From positions 4,384,001 through 4,448,000 of the forward strand of contig CAWDXG010000004.1 of assembly GCA_963806225.1 (NCBI GenBank): DNA of 64,000 bases. The letters run 5' to 3'. Below are positions 9,397 to 21,689 of this stretch, in pieces (positions within the stretch are counted from its first letter, which is position 1; every line of letters begins with the position of its first letter). The notes under the pieces are model-generated. The model saw only the letters and a program-made list of their open reading frames with translations. It was not told the DNA's origin and searched no databases. This DNA is from an uncultured delta proteobacterium. GTDB lineage: Bacteria > Myxococcota_A > Polyangia > Polyangiales > Polyangiaceae. The translations under genes and the position numbers were made by a program.

Positions 9397-11376
9397 GTGA
9401 AGAGTGCCAGGACCGAGAGCAGGCTTTCGCACGTCGTCATCGAGAGCGTCAGCCCCGAGCTCGATGGCGGGCGGCACCCGATCAAACGCAGCGTGGGTGA
9501 CGAAGTCGACGTCGGCGCAGACATCTACAAAGACGGCCACGACCTGATCGCGGCGCGCATCCTGTATCGCCCGCGGGGGGACGACACGTGGCTGAGCTCC
9601 CCGATGCGCTACGAGTTCGACCCGGACCGCTGGCACGGCAGCTTCACGCCCGACCGTCTCGGCCGCTGGGAGTACACGATCGAGGCGTGGCCGGCGCACT
9701 ACCGGAGCTGGCGTTCGGACCTGGAAAAGCGCCTGTCGGTTGGCCAGGACGTGACCTCGGAGCTTCTGGAAGGCGCCGAGCTCATCCGGCGGGGCGCCCG
9801 GCAGCTCGGGAAGAAGGATGCGGCGCGCGCCAAGGCGCTGGCGACCGCGCTCGGCGACGCGCACGTGACGCTCGAACAGCGACTGCAGGTCGCGTTCTCC
9901 AACGAGGTGCTCGAGCTGATCCACGGGCCCATCCATCCCGACGAGGCGGTGCGCTACGACCGCGTGCTCGAGGTGCTCGTCGATCGCGAGCTTGCCCGCT
10001 TCGGCGCCTGGTACGAGCTGTTCCCGCGCTCGCAGGGGACGGCGCCGGGCGAGCACGGCACCTTCGCGGACGTCGAACGACGCCTGCCGGAGCTAGCCGC
10101 ACTCGGTTTCGACGTGTTGTACCTGCCGCCGATACATCCCATCGGCCACACCCACCGCAAGGGGAAGAACAACACGACGGTCGCGCAGCCGGACGACGTG
10201 GGCAGCCCCTGGGCCATCGGCAGCGAAGAGGGCGGACACACCGCCATCCATCCCGAGCTCGGCAGCCTTCAGGACTTCCGTTCGCTGGTGCGTGCGGCGC
10301 GCGAGTTCGGTCTCGAGATAGCGCTGGACTACGCGCTGCAGTGCTCTCCCGATCATCCCTGGGTGAAGGAACATCCGGAGTGGTACTTCATCCGGCCCGA
10401 CGGCAGCATCCGCTACGCCGAGAACCCACCGAAGAAGTACGAGGACATCTACCCGCTCAATTTCTGGTGCGAGGACCGCGAGGGGCTGTGGAACGCCTGC
10501 CGCGACATCTTCCTGTACTGGATCGAGCAGGGCGTGCGCATCTTCCGCGTGGACAACCCACATACCAAGCCGCTGGCGTTCTGGGCATGGGTGATCGCCG
10601 ACGTGCAACGGCAACATCCGGACGTGATCTTCCTCGCCGAGGCCTTCACCCGGCCGAAGCGCATGCTGGGGCTGGCCAAGCTCGGCTTCACGCAGTCCTA
10701 CACGTACTTCACCTGGAAGAACACGTCGTGGGAGCTCCGCGATTACCTCACCGAGCTGGCCTCCACCCCGGTCGCGGAGTGCTACCGGCCGAACTTCTTC
10801 GCCAACACGCCGGACATCCTGCACGAGTACCTGCAGACCGGCGGTCGCCCCGCGTTCCGTATTCGACTGCTTCTGGCCGCGACGCTGTCGCCCACCTACG
10901 GCATCTACAGCGGCTACGAGCTGTGCGAGAACACGCCCGTCAGGCACGGTAGCGAGGAGTACCTGCACTCGGAGAAGTACGAGATCCGCGTGCGCGACTG
11001 GAGCGCGCCCGGCAACATCAAACACGACATCTCGCGTCTCAACCGTATCCGCAGGGAAAATCCGGCGCTGCACCGCATCGACAACCTGCGTTTCATCCGC
11101 TCCGACAACGAACAGATCTTCGCCTACCTGAAGAGCGCGCCCGAGGGCGACCTCGTGATCGCCGTCAACCTCGATCCCCATCACCCGCAGGAGACGATGC
11201 TGCACCTGCCGATCGACGATCTCGGCATCGGTGCGGACGAGCCCTTCGAGGTCGAGGATCTGCTCGGGGGTCACCGCTACGGCTGGCGGGGTTCCGACAA
11301 CTACGTGCGTCTCGATCCGGGCGAGCGCGTCGGGCACGTGTTCAAGCTGGGCCGCCGCTCGCCGCTGGGCGCCTGA
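9397..11376 (+). CDS. glgE: Alpha-1,4-glucan:maltose-1-phosphate maltosyltransferase
   Basis: [17 protein letters not shown]...[41 protein letters not shown]; start codon uncertain (9334/9397). Confidence 0.97.
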   Translation: MKSARTESRLSHVVIESVSPELDGGRHPIKRSVGDEVDVGADIYKDGHDLIAARILYRPRGDDTWLSSPMRYEFDPDRWHGSFTPDRLGRWEYTIEAWPAHYRSWRSDLEKRLSVGQDVTSELLEGAELIRRGARQLGKKDAARAKALATALGDAHVTLEQRLQVAFSNEVLELIHGPIHPDEAVRYDRVLEVLVDRELARFGAWYELFPRSQGTAPGEHGTFADVERRLPELAALGFDVLYLPPIHPIGHTHRKGKNNTTVAQPDDVGSPWAIGSEEGGHTAIHPELGSLQDFRSLVRAAREFGLEIALDYALQCSPDHPWVKEHPEWYFIRPDGSIRYAENPPKKYEDIYPLNFWCEDREGLWNACRDIFLYWIEQGVRIFRVDNPHTKPLAFWAWVIADVQRQHPDVIFLAEAFTRPKRMLGLAKLGFTQSYTYFTWKNTSWELRDYLTELASTPVAECYRPNFFANTPDILHEYLQTGGRPAFRIRLLLAATLSPTYGIYSGYELCENTPVRHGSEEYLHSEKYEIRVRDWSAPGNIKHDISRLNRIRRENPALHRIDNLRFIRSDNEQIFAYLKSAPEGDLVIAVNLDPHHPQETMLHLPIDDLGIGADEPFEVEDLLGGHRYGWRGSDNYVRLDPGERVGHVFKLGRRSPLGA

Positions 11377-11404
11377 TGCCGGCGGCGTCAAGGATAGACA
11401 AGCG

Positions 11405-14400
11405 ATGACCGACGAGAAGCTCTGGTACCGGGACGCCGTATTCTACGAGCTGCGCGTGCGTTCGTTCTACGACAGCGACGGCGACGGCGTGGGCGACCTG
11501 AAGGGCCTGGCGCAGAAGCTGGACTACCTCGCGGATCTGGGCGTCACGACGCTGTGGCTTCTGCCGTTCTATCCCTCGCCGCTCAGGGACGACGGCTACG
11601 ACATCGCCGACTACATGACCGTGCACCCGGATACGGGCACGCTGAGGGACTTCAAGAGCTTCCTCCGCGAAGCGCACGCCCGCGGCCTCAAGGTCGTGAC
11701 GGAGTTGGTGCTCAACCACACCTCCGACCAGCACCCGTGGTTCCAGCGCGCCCGGCGCGCTCCGCCGGGCAGCCGTTGGCGCAATTTCTACGTCTGGAGC
11801 GATACGCCGAGCAGGTACCAGGACGTAAGGATCATCTTCCAGGACTTCGAGACCTCGAACTGGAGCTGGGATGCGGTCGCCCAGGCGTACTACTGGCACC
11901 GCTTCTATTCGCACCAGCCCGATCTCAATTTCGACAACCCCGAGGTGCAGAAGGCCGTTCTGCAGGTGCTCGACTTCTGGTTGGAGATGGGCGTCGACGG
12001 GCTGAGGCTCGATGCGATCCCGTATCTGTACGAGCGGGAGGGAACGAACTGCGAGAACCTGCCCGAGACGCACCAGATGCTGAAAAAGCTCCGGGCGCAC
12101 GTCGACAAGAAGTTCAAGAACCGCATGCTGCTGGCCGAAGCCAACCAGTGGCCGGAGGACGCCGTCACGTACTTCGGGGATGGGGACGAGTGCCACATGT
12201 CCTTCCATTTCCCGATCATGCCGCGCCTGTTCATGGCGCTGCATATGGAAGACCGCTTCCCCATTCTCGACATCCTCGAGCAGACGCCGGAGCCGCCCGA
12301 GGGCGCCCAGTGGGCGATCTTCCTCCGCAACCACGACGAGCTGACGCTGGAGATGGTCACGGACGAAGAGCGCGACTACATGGTGGGCGCCTACGCGCGC
12401 GATCGCCAGGCGCGGATCAACCTCGGGATCCGCCGGCGGCTGGCGCCGCTGCTCGACAACAACCGCCGGCGCATCGAGCTGATGAACGCGTTGCTGTTCT
12501 CGCTGCCGGGCACGCCGGTGCTGTACTACGGCGACGAGATCGGGATGGGCGACAATGTATATCTCGGTGACCGCGACGGAGTGCGCACGCCGATGCAGTG
12601 GAGCCCGGATCGCAATGCGGGGTTTTCGCGCGCCAACCCGCAGAAGCTCATCCTGCCGGTGATCGTCGACCCGGAATACCACTACGAAGCCGTCAACGTG
12701 GAGACGCAGCAGCACAACCCGAGCTCGCTGCTGTGGTGGACGAAGCGCATCGTTGCTCTCAGGAAGCAACACGTGGCATTCGGTCGCGGCACGCTGGAAC
12801 CGCTGACCCCGCAGAACCGCAAGATCCTGGCGTTCATCCGCCGCTATGGCGACGAGACGCTGCTGGTGGTCGCGAACCTCTCGCGCTTCTCGCAGGCCGT
12901 GGAGCTGGATCTTTCGGAATTCAAGGGGCGCGAGCCCATGGAGCTGTTCGGGCACATCGTCTTCCCGCGCATCGACGACCAGCCGTATCGGCTCACGCTG
13001 GGTCCGCACAACTTCTTCTGGTTTTCGCTGGCGGGCCGGCGCGACGTACCCGTCGAGGCCCAGGACGAGTCGACGCACCTGGTCCTCGAAGTGGCGGGCG
13101 CGTGGGACGACGTCTTCAACGCGCGCAACAAGCCGCTCGAGCGGCTGCTCGCCCGCTACCTGCGCGGTCGGCGCTGGTTCCGTGGCAAGGCGCGCTCGAT
13201 CAAGAGCGCGCGGGTCACCGATTCCGTGCCGCTGAGAGCCGCGGGAGAGGCGCGGCTGCTCCTCATCGAAGTGGCGTACGAGGAGGGTGACCCCGAGACG
13301 TACGTGCTGCCCTTGCGTTTCGTGGCGGGAGAGGAGGCCCCGGACTCCGCCCTGGCGCTCATCAAGACCCGCTCGCGACGCGGCGAGTACTCCGGGGCGC
13401 TGGTCGACGCCTCGGGAGATCCACGCGTGGCTGCGGCGCTTCTCGATATTGCGGTGCGCAGGCGGCGGATAAAGGGCAGGAACGTGGAGCTGGTGGGCGT
13501 GCCCGACAAGCCGCTCAAAGCGCTCCGGCCGCTACTCGGCTCGCTGCCGCCGCCGCGCGCGGTGGGCGTGGAGCAGAGCAATACGTCGTACATCTATGGC
13601 GACCACGTGATCGGCAAGCTGCTGCGCCGCGTGGAAGGCGGCGAGAGCGTCGAGCTCGAAGTGCTGCGCTTCATCGGCAAGAAGGCCGCGTACAGCCGCG
13701 TGCCGGCCCTGGCCGGGCACATCGAGCTGGACTACGGGCGGAGCGGGCGGGCCACGCTGGGGATCTTCCAGACCTTCGTCCCCAACCAGGGCGACGCCTG
13801 GACGTTCACCGTGGACGAGGTGCAGCGCTACTTCGAGCGCGTGCTGGTGCACCGGGATAGCGACGTACCCGCTCCGCAGGTGACCGGGAAGATGCTCGAA
13901 CGTCTCGGACGCGCGCCTCCCGAGGTGGTCCGGGAGCGCATCGGCGGCTATCTCGAGGTCGCGAAGCTGATCGGTCGGCGCACGGCGGAGTTGCACGTGG
14001 CTCTGGCCTCGGTGCACGACGATCCGGACTTCGCGCCGCAGCGGATGAACCAGCTGTCCCGCCGCTCGTACTACCAGTCCGTGCGGAATCTGGCGTCCCG
14101 CGCGCTCGACAGCCTGCGCGAGCAGTCGGGGAAGCTGCCCGAAGCGGTCCGTCCGAACGCCAAGGCGGTGCTGTCGCACGAGAAGGAAATCCGCGCGCGA
14201 CTCAAGCAGGTGCTCGACCGCAAACCCGCAGGGAGCCGCATCCGCTGTCACGGCGACTACCACCTCGGGCAGATCCTCTACACCGGCGCGGACTTCGTCA
14301 TTATCGACTTCGAGGGCGAGCCGGCGCGCACGCTCTCCGAGCGGCGCCGCAAGCGCTCGCCCCTCGCCGACGTTGCCGGGCTGCTCCGCTCCTTCCACTA

Positions 14401-14707
14401 CGCGGTCCACGGCGTGCTGAGCTCGGAGATCCCGGGCAGCCAGGTGCGCCCGGAGGATGTGCCCCTGCTCGAGCCCTGGGCGCCGGTCTGGTACCGCTGG
14501 GTGTCGAGCGCGTTCTTCGAGGCGTATCTGGAGACGGCCAGGCCCGCGGAGCTGCTTCCCGAGGATCCGGATGACCTCGCGCTGCTGCTCGACGTGCACC
14601 TGATCGAGAAGAGCCTGTACGAGCTCGGCTACGAGTTGAACAACCGCCCCGACTGGGTGGGGATCCCGCTGCGTGGCGTGCTGGACGTGCTCGAAGCGGG
14701 CCGCTGA
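11405..14707 (+). CDS. treS: Trehalose synthase / maltokinase fusion (TreS-Mak)
   Basis: GH13 TreS motifs [28 protein letters not shown]-terminal kinase [24 protein letters not shown]. Confidence 0.97.
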   Translation: MTDEKLWYRDAVFYELRVRSFYDSDGDGVGDLKGLAQKLDYLADLGVTTLWLLPFYPSPLRDDGYDIADYMTVHPDTGTLRDFKSFLREAHARGLKVVTELVLNHTSDQHPWFQRARRAPPGSRWRNFYVWSDTPSRYQDVRIIFQDFETSNWSWDAVAQAYYWHRFYSHQPDLNFDNPEVQKAVLQVLDFWLEMGVDGLRLDAIPYLYEREGTNCENLPETHQMLKKLRAHVDKKFKNRMLLAEANQWPEDAVTYFGDGDECHMSFHFPIMPRLFMALHMEDRFPILDILEQTPEPPEGAQWAIFLRNHDELTLEMVTDEERDYMVGAYARDRQARINLGIRRRLAPLLDNNRRRIELMNALLFSLPGTPVLYYGDEIGMGDNVYLGDRDGVRTPMQWSPDRNAGFSRANPQKLILPVIVDPEYHYEAVNVETQQHNPSSLLWWTKRIVALRKQHVAFGRGTLEPLTPQNRKILAFIRRYGDETLLVVANLSRFSQAVELDLSEFKGREPMELFGHIVFPRIDDQPYRLTLGPHNFFWFSLAGRRDVPVEAQDESTHLVLEVAGAWDDVFNARNKPLERLLARYLRGRRWFRGKARSIKSARVTDSVPLRAAGEARLLLIEVAYEEGDPETYVLPLRFVAGEEAPDSALALIKTRSRRGEYSGALVDASGDPRVAAALLDIAVRRRRIKGRNVELVGVPDKPLKALRPLLGSLPPPRAVGVEQSNTSYIYGDHVIGKLLRRVEGGESVELEVLRFIGKKAAYSRVPALAGHIELDYGRSGRATLGIFQTFVPNQGDAWTFTVDEVQRYFERVLVHRDSDVPAPQVTGKMLERLGRAPPEVVRERIGGYLEVAKLIGRRTAELHVALASVHDDPDFAPQRMNQLSRRSYYQSVRNLASRALDSLREQSGKLPEAVRPNAKAVLSHEKEIRARLKQVLDRKPAGSRIRCHGDYHLGQILYTGADFVIIDFEGEPARTLSERRRKRSPLADVAGLLRSFHYAVHGVLSSEIPGSQVRPEDVPLLEPWAPVWYRWVSSAFFEAYLETARPAELLPEDPDDLALLLDVHLIEKSLYELGYELNNRPDWVGIPLRGVLDVLEAGR

Positions 14708-14715
14708 GGGGCAGC

Positions 14716-15996
14716 TTGATCCTGATTTCGAAAACCTACTGGGCAGGTGTCCCGTTCGACTTCAGGCAGCCTCCGCGGGATGCGGGCGTGGAGTCGCTGG
14801 TGCTGCGCGCGGACGACTTCCGGCAGTGCCGCGCTCTGTACTGGACGCCGGCAGGGAAGCCGGCGCCGCGCGTCGCGGTGGTGTGCATGCACCCGCGAGT
14901 AGACTTCACGCATCACTACTCCATCCCGCGGCTCGTTCTTGCAGGCATCGGCGTGCTGGCGGCCAACACGCGCAGCCCGAACAACGACACCGATACGGTG
15001 CACGAGGAGATCATCCTCGATGTTGCGGCGTGCGTGCGCTACCTGCGCGAAAAGCGCGGGGTCGACAAGGTAGTGCTGCTCGGGAATTCGGGGGGCGGTT
15101 CGCTCTCGGCGTTCTACCAGGCCCAGGCGCGACTGCCGCCGGAAGAGCGTCTCGCTTCGACACCTGCGGGGCACCCGACGCGCCTCGCACAGGCGCGCAT
15201 GAGCCCGGCCGACGGCATGATCTACATTTCCGCGCACCGCGGTCAGGGCAAGGTGCTGCTCGACTGTATCGACGCTTCGGTCGTCGACGAGCGCGATCCG
15301 TTCGCGACAGACCCCGCGCTCGACATGTACGCCGAGGACAACGGTTTTCTCCCGCCGCCCGCCTGGTGCGAATACGATCCGGAGTTCGTGGCGCGCTACC
15401 GCGAGGCGCAGCGCGCCCGGGTGCGGCGGCTGGACGCCACGGCGCGCGAGCTGTTGGCCGACGCGGCAAACGCGGCCGAGCGCGCCGCCCAGCCCGGCTT
15501 CGAGGACCTCGCCTTCGAGGAGCAGCGGCGCGTTCTCGTGCACAAGGTGTTCGAGCCGGTGATGGTCATCTACCGCACCATGGCGAACCTGCACTACGTC
15601 GACCGTCACCTCGACCCTTCGTCGCGGGACTACGGTTCGCTCCTGAGCGAGCGCCCCGACCTGATGAACATGAAGCTGCTCGGTTTCTCGCGCATGTGCA
15701 CGCCGCGCGCCTGGTTGAGCACCTGGTCCGGTCTGAGCTCCAACGCCGACCTCGTCGAGAACCTCGGGCACATCGTCGAGCCGACTCTGGTGGTCAATGC
15801 CGGGCGTGACCGCGAGATCTATCCGGAAGCCGACGCACGACCTATCTTCGAGGCCGTGGTTGCGGAGGACCGGACATTTTACTCGTTCGACGCGGCCCGG
15901 CACTATTTCGAACCGGAGCCCGGCGAGAAGGTCGCTCCGGACGTGGAATCCCTGATGGACGTCGTGGTGCCGTGGATAGAGGAGCGTTTCGCGTGA
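14716..15996 (+). CDS. Alpha/beta-hydrolase fold protein
   Basis: Nucleophile elbow LLGNSGGG, MHP motif, C-terminal D (GRD) and H (ARHY) triad candidates; TTG start. Confidence 0.8.
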   Translation: MILISKTYWAGVPFDFRQPPRDAGVESLVLRADDFRQCRALYWTPAGKPAPRVAVVCMHPRVDFTHHYSIPRLVLAGIGVLAANTRSPNNDTDTVHEEIILDVAACVRYLREKRGVDKVVLLGNSGGGSLSAFYQAQARLPPEERLASTPAGHPTRLAQARMSPADGMIYISAHRGQGKVLLDCIDASVVDERDPFATDPALDMYAEDNGFLPPPAWCEYDPEFVARYREAQRARVRRLDATARELLADAANAAERAAQPGFEDLAFEEQRRVLVHKVFEPVMVIYRTMANLHYVDRHLDPSSRDYGSLLSERPDLMNMKLLGFSRMCTPRAWLSTWSGLSSNADLVENLGHIVEPTLVVNAGRDREIYPEADARPIFEAVVAEDRTFYSFDAARHYFEPEPGEKVAPDVESLMDVVVPWIEERFA

Positions 15997-17165
15997 CCGA
16001 TCGGCATCCGACCGCGCAGAGCTGGGCATTTCCGCCCGCCGATCGCGCTCCGCTCGGCGGCGGACTCCGCCGCACCAACCTGCGCGCGCTCGAGGCGCGC
16101 CTGGCTCGCTTCGAGCACCACCTGATGGTCGTCGCGCGCGTGGGCGCCGCGCAGCTCGAGGTCGCCACCGCGTCCGAACCGCTGTACTTCGCGCACGCGA
16201 ACATCTCCGACGAGTACGCGATGGCGATGACCACCGGCGACGAGCTGGTCGACGGCTTTCCGTACCGCACCTTCCTTTCCGATCCCGCGAGCTTCGAGGA
16301 CGTGGGACGCATCAACCACCGCACGCGCGAGCTCGTGCTGCACCCGTACGGGCTTCTGCACTGGCCGGGGCGTCTACGCGCGCCGTACTCGCCCTTCCGG
16401 TTCGGACCCGGTGAGCGGCGGACCGGCTACACGCTCGTGTTCTGTGCGAGCCGGCCGACGCCACCCGGCGAACGACCGCTCTTCGTCAGCCAGGGGCACG
16501 AGGCCGACGTGAAGGCGTACGGAGGGCGGAGCGTGCCGTTTCTGCTCGCGGACACGCGGAGCGAAGCCGCGCGTGTCCTGGGCAGCGTGGGTGACACGAC
16601 ACTCGAGCTCGCGGTCTCGCCCAGGCGCATCGAGCCGGCGCAGGGCGGGTACGTCGTCGTGCTCGACGCGGACGAGCCGCACTTCCCCGGTGATCTCGTC
16701 TACGTTCCCCCGGGCAGCGCGCTGGACGCGTCGGGGATCGAGCGCGCGCTGGTGGTGTCCTCTCTTGCCAGCGCGCCCGAGCCGCCTCCCCGGAGCTGGG
16801 ACGCAACTCCGGAGGCGCCCTTCGTCGAGTACGAACAGGGCGATCCGGTGCCACTGCCGCTTTCGATCGCTGGGCTCGATCTGGAGGCGGCGTCGCCGGA
16901 TCTGCTGCGCGTGGAAATCGGCGGCACGAGTGCCGAAGTGCCGCGCTATTGGCTGGCGCGCTTCCTGTTCCGGCTCGCGCTGCACGGCTACTGCATCGGC
17001 TATCTGGAAACCTATGGCGGCTTTTTCTACGACGACCGGGATGGCTATCGCTTCGGCCTGCGCGGCGGGCGCGACGTGAAGGTCGACGCGGCCGCGGTGC
17101 CCGCCGTGGTCGAGCGGATGTATCGAGCGGTGGCGCCGCAAGGCTACATGGAGCGGATCGCGTGA
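15993..17165 (+). CDS. Uncharacterised protein with homogentisate-dioxygenase-like Fe(II) cupin motif
   Basis: HANISDE and LHPYGLLHWP mirror HmgA/HGD H-x-N-x3-E and LH-x5-H-x-P; GTGA overlap with upstream hydrolase. Confidence 0.6.
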   Translation: MTDRHPTAQSWAFPPADRAPLGGGLRRTNLRALEARLARFEHHLMVVARVGAAQLEVATASEPLYFAHANISDEYAMAMTTGDELVDGFPYRTFLSDPASFEDVGRINHRTRELVLHPYGLLHWPGRLRAPYSPFRFGPGERRTGYTLVFCASRPTPPGERPLFVSQGHEADVKAYGGRSVPFLLADTRSEAARVLGSVGDTTLELAVSPRRIEPAQGGYVVVLDADEPHFPGDLVYVPPGSALDASGIERALVVSSLASAPEPPPRSWDATPEAPFVEYEQGDPVPLPLSIAGLDLEAASPDLLRVEIGGTSAEVPRYWLARFLFRLALHGYCIGYLETYGGFFYDDRDGYRFGLRGGRDVKVDAAAVPAVVERMYRAVAPQGYMERIA

Positions 17166-17181
17166 GCATGGTGGAGGCAGA

Positions 17182-19299
17182 ATGACAAGCCCGCGTATCT
17201 GGCCGGGGCGCTCCACGCCGCTGGGCGCAACGTGGGACGGCGAGGGCGTGAACTTCGCGCTGTTCTCGGAGCATGCGACGCGCGTGGAGCTGTGCCTCTT
17301 TGCCCGCGACGACCCGGCGCGCGAGACACTGCGCGTGCCGCTCAAGGAACGCACGAATCGCATCTGGCACGCCTATCTACCCGATGTCCGGCCCGCGCAG
17401 CTGTACGGCTATCGCGTGCACGGCCCCTACAATCCCGCGGAAGGGCATCGCTTCAATCCGCACAAGTTGCTGCTGGATCCCTACGCCAAGGCCATCGACG
17501 GCACCGTGGACTGGGCGGACGCGATGTTCGGCTACCGCATCGGCGATTCCGAGGAGGACCTGTCGCTCAGTGACGAGGACAGCGCGGCGTTCATTCCGAA
17601 GTCGGTGGTCGTCGACACCGCGTTCACCTGGGGCGATGACCGCCCGCCGAAGACGCCGTGGAGCCAGTCGGTGATCTACGAGTGTCACGTGAAGGGCATG
17701 ACGGCGCGGCACCCCGATGTTCCGGAGGAGCTACGCGGAAAGTACCTGGGCCTGGCCTCCGACGCGATCCTCGATCACCTGGTCGACCTCGGCGTGACGG
17801 CGGTGGAGCTCCTGCCGGTGCATCACTTCGTCACCGACCGACGGCTCAGGGACATGGGGCTTGTGAACTACTGGGGCTACGCGACGATCGGCTTCTTCGC
17901 TCCCGACCCGCGCTACGCGACCGGCTCGCTCGGCCAACAGGTCAACGAATTCAAGACCATGGTCAAGGCCCTCCACCGCGTCGGCATCGAGGTCATCCTG
18001 GACGTGGTCTACAACCACACGGGAGAGGGGAACCACATGGGGCCGACGCTATGTTTCCGTGGTGTCGACAACGCCTCGTACTATCGCCTGGTCAGCGGCG
18101 ACCTGCGCCACTACTTCGACTTCACCGGCTGTGGCAACAGCCTGGGCGTGCTTCATCCGCGCGCGCTGCAGCTCGTGCTCGACAGCCTGCGCTACTGGGT
18201 GCAGGAGATGCACGTCGACGGTTTCCGTTTCGACCTGGCGCCTACGCTGGCGCGCGATCCACTGGAGTTCCACGGCTTCGCGCGCTTCTTTGCCACCGTG
18301 CAGCAGGACCCGGTGCTCTCCGGGGTCAAGCTCATCGCGGAACCGTGGGATCTCGGTCCGGGAGGCTACCGTCTCGGCGCTTTCCCTCCGGGTTGGGCGG
18401 AATGGAACGGGCGCTACCGCGACACCGTGCGGCGCTTCTGGCGCGGAGACGAAGGGCAGGTTCCGGAGCTGGCATCGAGGCTTTCCGGCTCGAGCGACAT
18501 CTTCCAGCCGAGCGATCGCGGCCCGTACTCCAGCGTCAACTTCGTCGCCTGCCACGACGGCTACACGCTTCGCGATCTGGTGAGCTACGAGGGCAAGCAC
18601 AACGAGGCGAACGGCGAAGACAACCGCGACGGTGCCGACGACAACTGGAGCCGCAACTGGGGCACCGAGGGCGAGACCGACGACGTTGCCGTGCAGCGGC
18701 TGCGTGACAGGATGGTCAAGAACTTCATCGCTACCCTGGCGTTCTCTCAGGGCGTGCCGATGATGTCACACGGCGACGAGATCGGCCGCACGCAGGACGG
18801 CAACAACAACGCCTACTGCCAGGACAGCGAGCTCGCGTGGATCGACTGGGACCTCGACGATCGGCGGCGTGAGCTGCTCGAGTTCACGCGCGAGGTATTC
18901 CGGATCCAGCGCATGAATCCGGTGTTCCGCCGGCGGCGTTACTTCGCCGGGGATCCGGTCGAGAGCGGCGGCATCAAGGATGTGCAGTGGCTCAGGACCA
19001 ACGGCACCGAGATGAGCATGGACGACTGGAGCCATTCGAAGAACCGCGTCCTGGGCATGCTCATCCACGGTGACGCGTCCGACGAGATCGACGAGCGGGG
19101 CCGCCCCAACCTGGGACAGACGCTGCTCCTCGTCTTGAACGCCAGCAATCGCGCACGCCACTTCGCATTGCCGGATCTGCCGGAAAGGGGCTTCTGGCAG
19201 GAGATCGTCAACACCGCCCACGCCGGCAGACGGCCGCCGAAAGGCAAGGGCATCAACGTGGCGCCGCATTCGCTGGTGCTGCTCTGCTATCAGACCTGA
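17182..19299 (+). CDS. glgX: Glycogen debranching enzyme
   Basis: PLGATWDG.GVNFALFS, NYWGY, DVVYNHT, DGFRFDLA, AEPWD, CHDG, QDGNNNAYCQD. Confidence 0.97.
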   Translation: MTSPRIWPGRSTPLGATWDGEGVNFALFSEHATRVELCLFARDDPARETLRVPLKERTNRIWHAYLPDVRPAQLYGYRVHGPYNPAEGHRFNPHKLLLDPYAKAIDGTVDWADAMFGYRIGDSEEDLSLSDEDSAAFIPKSVVVDTAFTWGDDRPPKTPWSQSVIYECHVKGMTARHPDVPEELRGKYLGLASDAILDHLVDLGVTAVELLPVHHFVTDRRLRDMGLVNYWGYATIGFFAPDPRYATGSLGQQVNEFKTMVKALHRVGIEVILDVVYNHTGEGNHMGPTLCFRGVDNASYYRLVSGDLRHYFDFTGCGNSLGVLHPRALQLVLDSLRYWVQEMHVDGFRFDLAPTLARDPLEFHGFARFFATVQQDPVLSGVKLIAEPWDLGPGGYRLGAFPPGWAEWNGRYRDTVRRFWRGDEGQVPELASRLSGSSDIFQPSDRGPYSSVNFVACHDGYTLRDLVSYEGKHNEANGEDNRDGADDNWSRNWGTEGETDDVAVQRLRDRMVKNFIATLAFSQGVPMMSHGDEIGRTQDGNNNAYCQDSELAWIDWDLDDRRRELLEFTREVFRIQRMNPVFRRRRYFAGDPVESGGIKDVQWLRTNGTEMSMDDWSHSKNRVLGMLIHGDASDEIDERGRPNLGQTLLLVLNASNRARHFALPDLPERGFWQEIVNTAHAGRRPPKGKGINVAPHSLVLLCYQT

Positions 19300-19429
19300 A
19301 GACAGCAGGTCTTTTCCCTGGATCCGTCGGCAGCCGGCGTTCGAGGGGGTTGAACTCCCGGAGTCGATGGTCAAGCTGGATCGGATGCGGAAGGCCGGGA
19401 GGCCGGCGACGCACCAGAAGAGGATATTC

Positions 19430-21689
19430 ATGAATCGACGCAACGCGGAAGTCGACGCAGGCACGCTCGCCGGGGATCCGGCCGCGATCCAGCGCGTCCA
19501 GGCTGGGAACCATCACGACCCGCACAACGTGCTGGGCGCGCACCCAGCACGTTCCGGTGGGCGGGACGGAACGATCATCCGCGCCTACCACCCCGACGCG
19601 AAGCAGGTCGAGTGCCTGATCGACGGCTCGAGCGCGACCATGCAGTCGCTCGGAGGAGGCATCTTCGCGCTGTTCGTGCCCGACCGTCAGCCACCGCTGT
19701 CCTACCGCCTGCGGTTTTCCTTCGACAACGGCGAGACCTGGGAGCGCGACGACCCCTATCGCTTCCAGCCGAGCGTGGGCGAGATGGATCTGTACCTGTT
19801 CGGCGAGGGCAACCACCGCCGGCTGTGGGAAGCCCTGGGCGCGCGGATGTGCACGCTGGACGGCGTCGAGGGAGTCTCGTTTGCGGTCTGGGCGCCCAAC
19901 GCCCGGCGCGTGAGCGTTGTCGGGGATTTCAACGGCTGGGACGGCCGGCTGATGCCGATGCGCTCGCTCGGCAGCTCCGGCGTGTTCGAGCTGTTCGTTC
20001 CCGGTGTCCGCATCGGAGAGCTGTACAAGTACGAGCTCAAGACACAGGAGGGCGCCCTACGCGTCAAGACCGACCCCATGGCGAAAGCCATGGAGCTGCC
20101 GCCGGGGACCGCGTCGTGCATCACGGCCTCGAGCTTCGAGTGGGGCGACGAAGCCTACCTGGAGGCGCGAGCCCAGAAGGACATCACGCGCGAGCCCGTG
20201 AACGTCTACGAGTGCCATCTGGGGTCGTGGATGCGTGTTCAGGAGGAGGGCAACCGCTCGCTCGACTATCGCGAGATCGCTCCGCGTCTGGTTGACCACG
20301 TGAAGAGGCTCGGCTTCACCCATATCGAGTTCCTGCCGCTGGCGGAGCATGCGTTCTTCGCGTCGTGGGGTTACCAGGTCACGGGCTACTACGCTCCGAG
20401 CGCGCGCTACGGCAATCCGGACGATCTGCGCTATCTCATCGACTACTGCCACCGGCACGATATCGGCGTCATCATGGACTGGGTGCCCGCGCACTTCCCG
20501 AAGGATGATTTCGCGCTGCGGCGTTTCGACGGGACTGCCCTGTACGAGCACGACGATCCCCGACGCGGCGAGCATCCGGACTGGGGCACCCTCATCTTCA
20601 ACTACGGCCGCCCCGAGGTGCAGAATTTCCTCGTCGCGAACGCGCTCTACTGGCTCCAGGAGTTCCACATCGACGGGCTTCGCGTCGATGCCGTCGCCTC
20701 GATGCTGTACCTCGACTACAGCCGCAAGGAAGGCGAATGGATGCCCAACCCCTACGGCGGTCGCGAGAACATCGAAGCCATCGAATTCTTGCGCGCGACC
20801 AACCACATCATCGGCGAGGAAGTACCGGGCGCATTCACCGTCGCCGAGGAGTCCACGTCCTGGCCCGGCGTCACGCGATTCGGCGTCGACCGGGGGGCTC
20901 GGCTTCACGTTCAAATGGAACATGGGCTGGATGCACGACACGCTCTAGTACTTCAGCCAGGATCCGGTGCACCGCAAGTACCATCAGGACGAGCTGACGT
21001 TCTCGATGCTGTACGAGTATACCGAGCGGTTCATCAACGCGATTTCCCACGACGAGGTCGTGCACGGGAAGCGCTCGCTGCTCGACAAGATGCCGGGCGA
21101 CCAGTGGCAGAAGTTCGCCAACTTGCGCCTGCTGCTCGCCTACCAGTACACGCGGCCCGGCAAGCAGCTCGATGTTCATGGGGACCGAGCTCGGCGCCGT
21201 GGCTCGAGTGGAATCACGACGCGAGCCTCGACTGGCACCTGGCCGACAGTCCCGACCGGAAGGCGCTCGACGCGTATCGTGCAGGAGCTCGGCGTCATGT
21301 ACCACGAGCTCTCGTGCCTATGGCGCGGCGACCCGGACGCCTTCGGCTTCCAATGGATAGACTGCAGCGACCGGGAAAACTCCGTGATGTCCTTCGTGCG
21401 ACGCTACGACGGCGAGCTGGCGTTGTGGTGCTCAACCTGACGCCGGTGCCGCAGGGAGGACTACCGCATCGGCGCGCCTGTTCCGGGGCGCTACGTCGAA
21501 CGGCTCTCGACCGACGACGTGCGCTTCGGCGGCAGCCAGTTCGAGACGCTGCCGACGGTCGACACCGAACCCACGCCCATGCACGGGCGGGAGCAGTCGT
21601 TGCGGCTGAGGCTCCCGCCGCTGGGAGCGCTCGTGCTCGTCCCTGCTAGCGGCGACGCCGCCGCCACCCCAGACCCATCAAGAGCATGA
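19430..21689 (+). CDS. glgB: 1,4-alpha-glucan branching enzyme (several frameshifts ~20880-21460, probably sequencing errors)
   Basis: FAVWAPNA, WGYQVTGY, DWVPAHFP, LRVDAVASM, AEEST; FKWNMGWMHD, SHDEVVHGK and LRLPPLGALVL continue in shifted frames. Confidence 0.93.

Noticed and set aside
20870..21460. Programmed frameshifting or true pseudogene in glgB
   Set aside because: Multiple dispersed indels with intact catalytic motifs and no slippery signal; assembly error is more likely.
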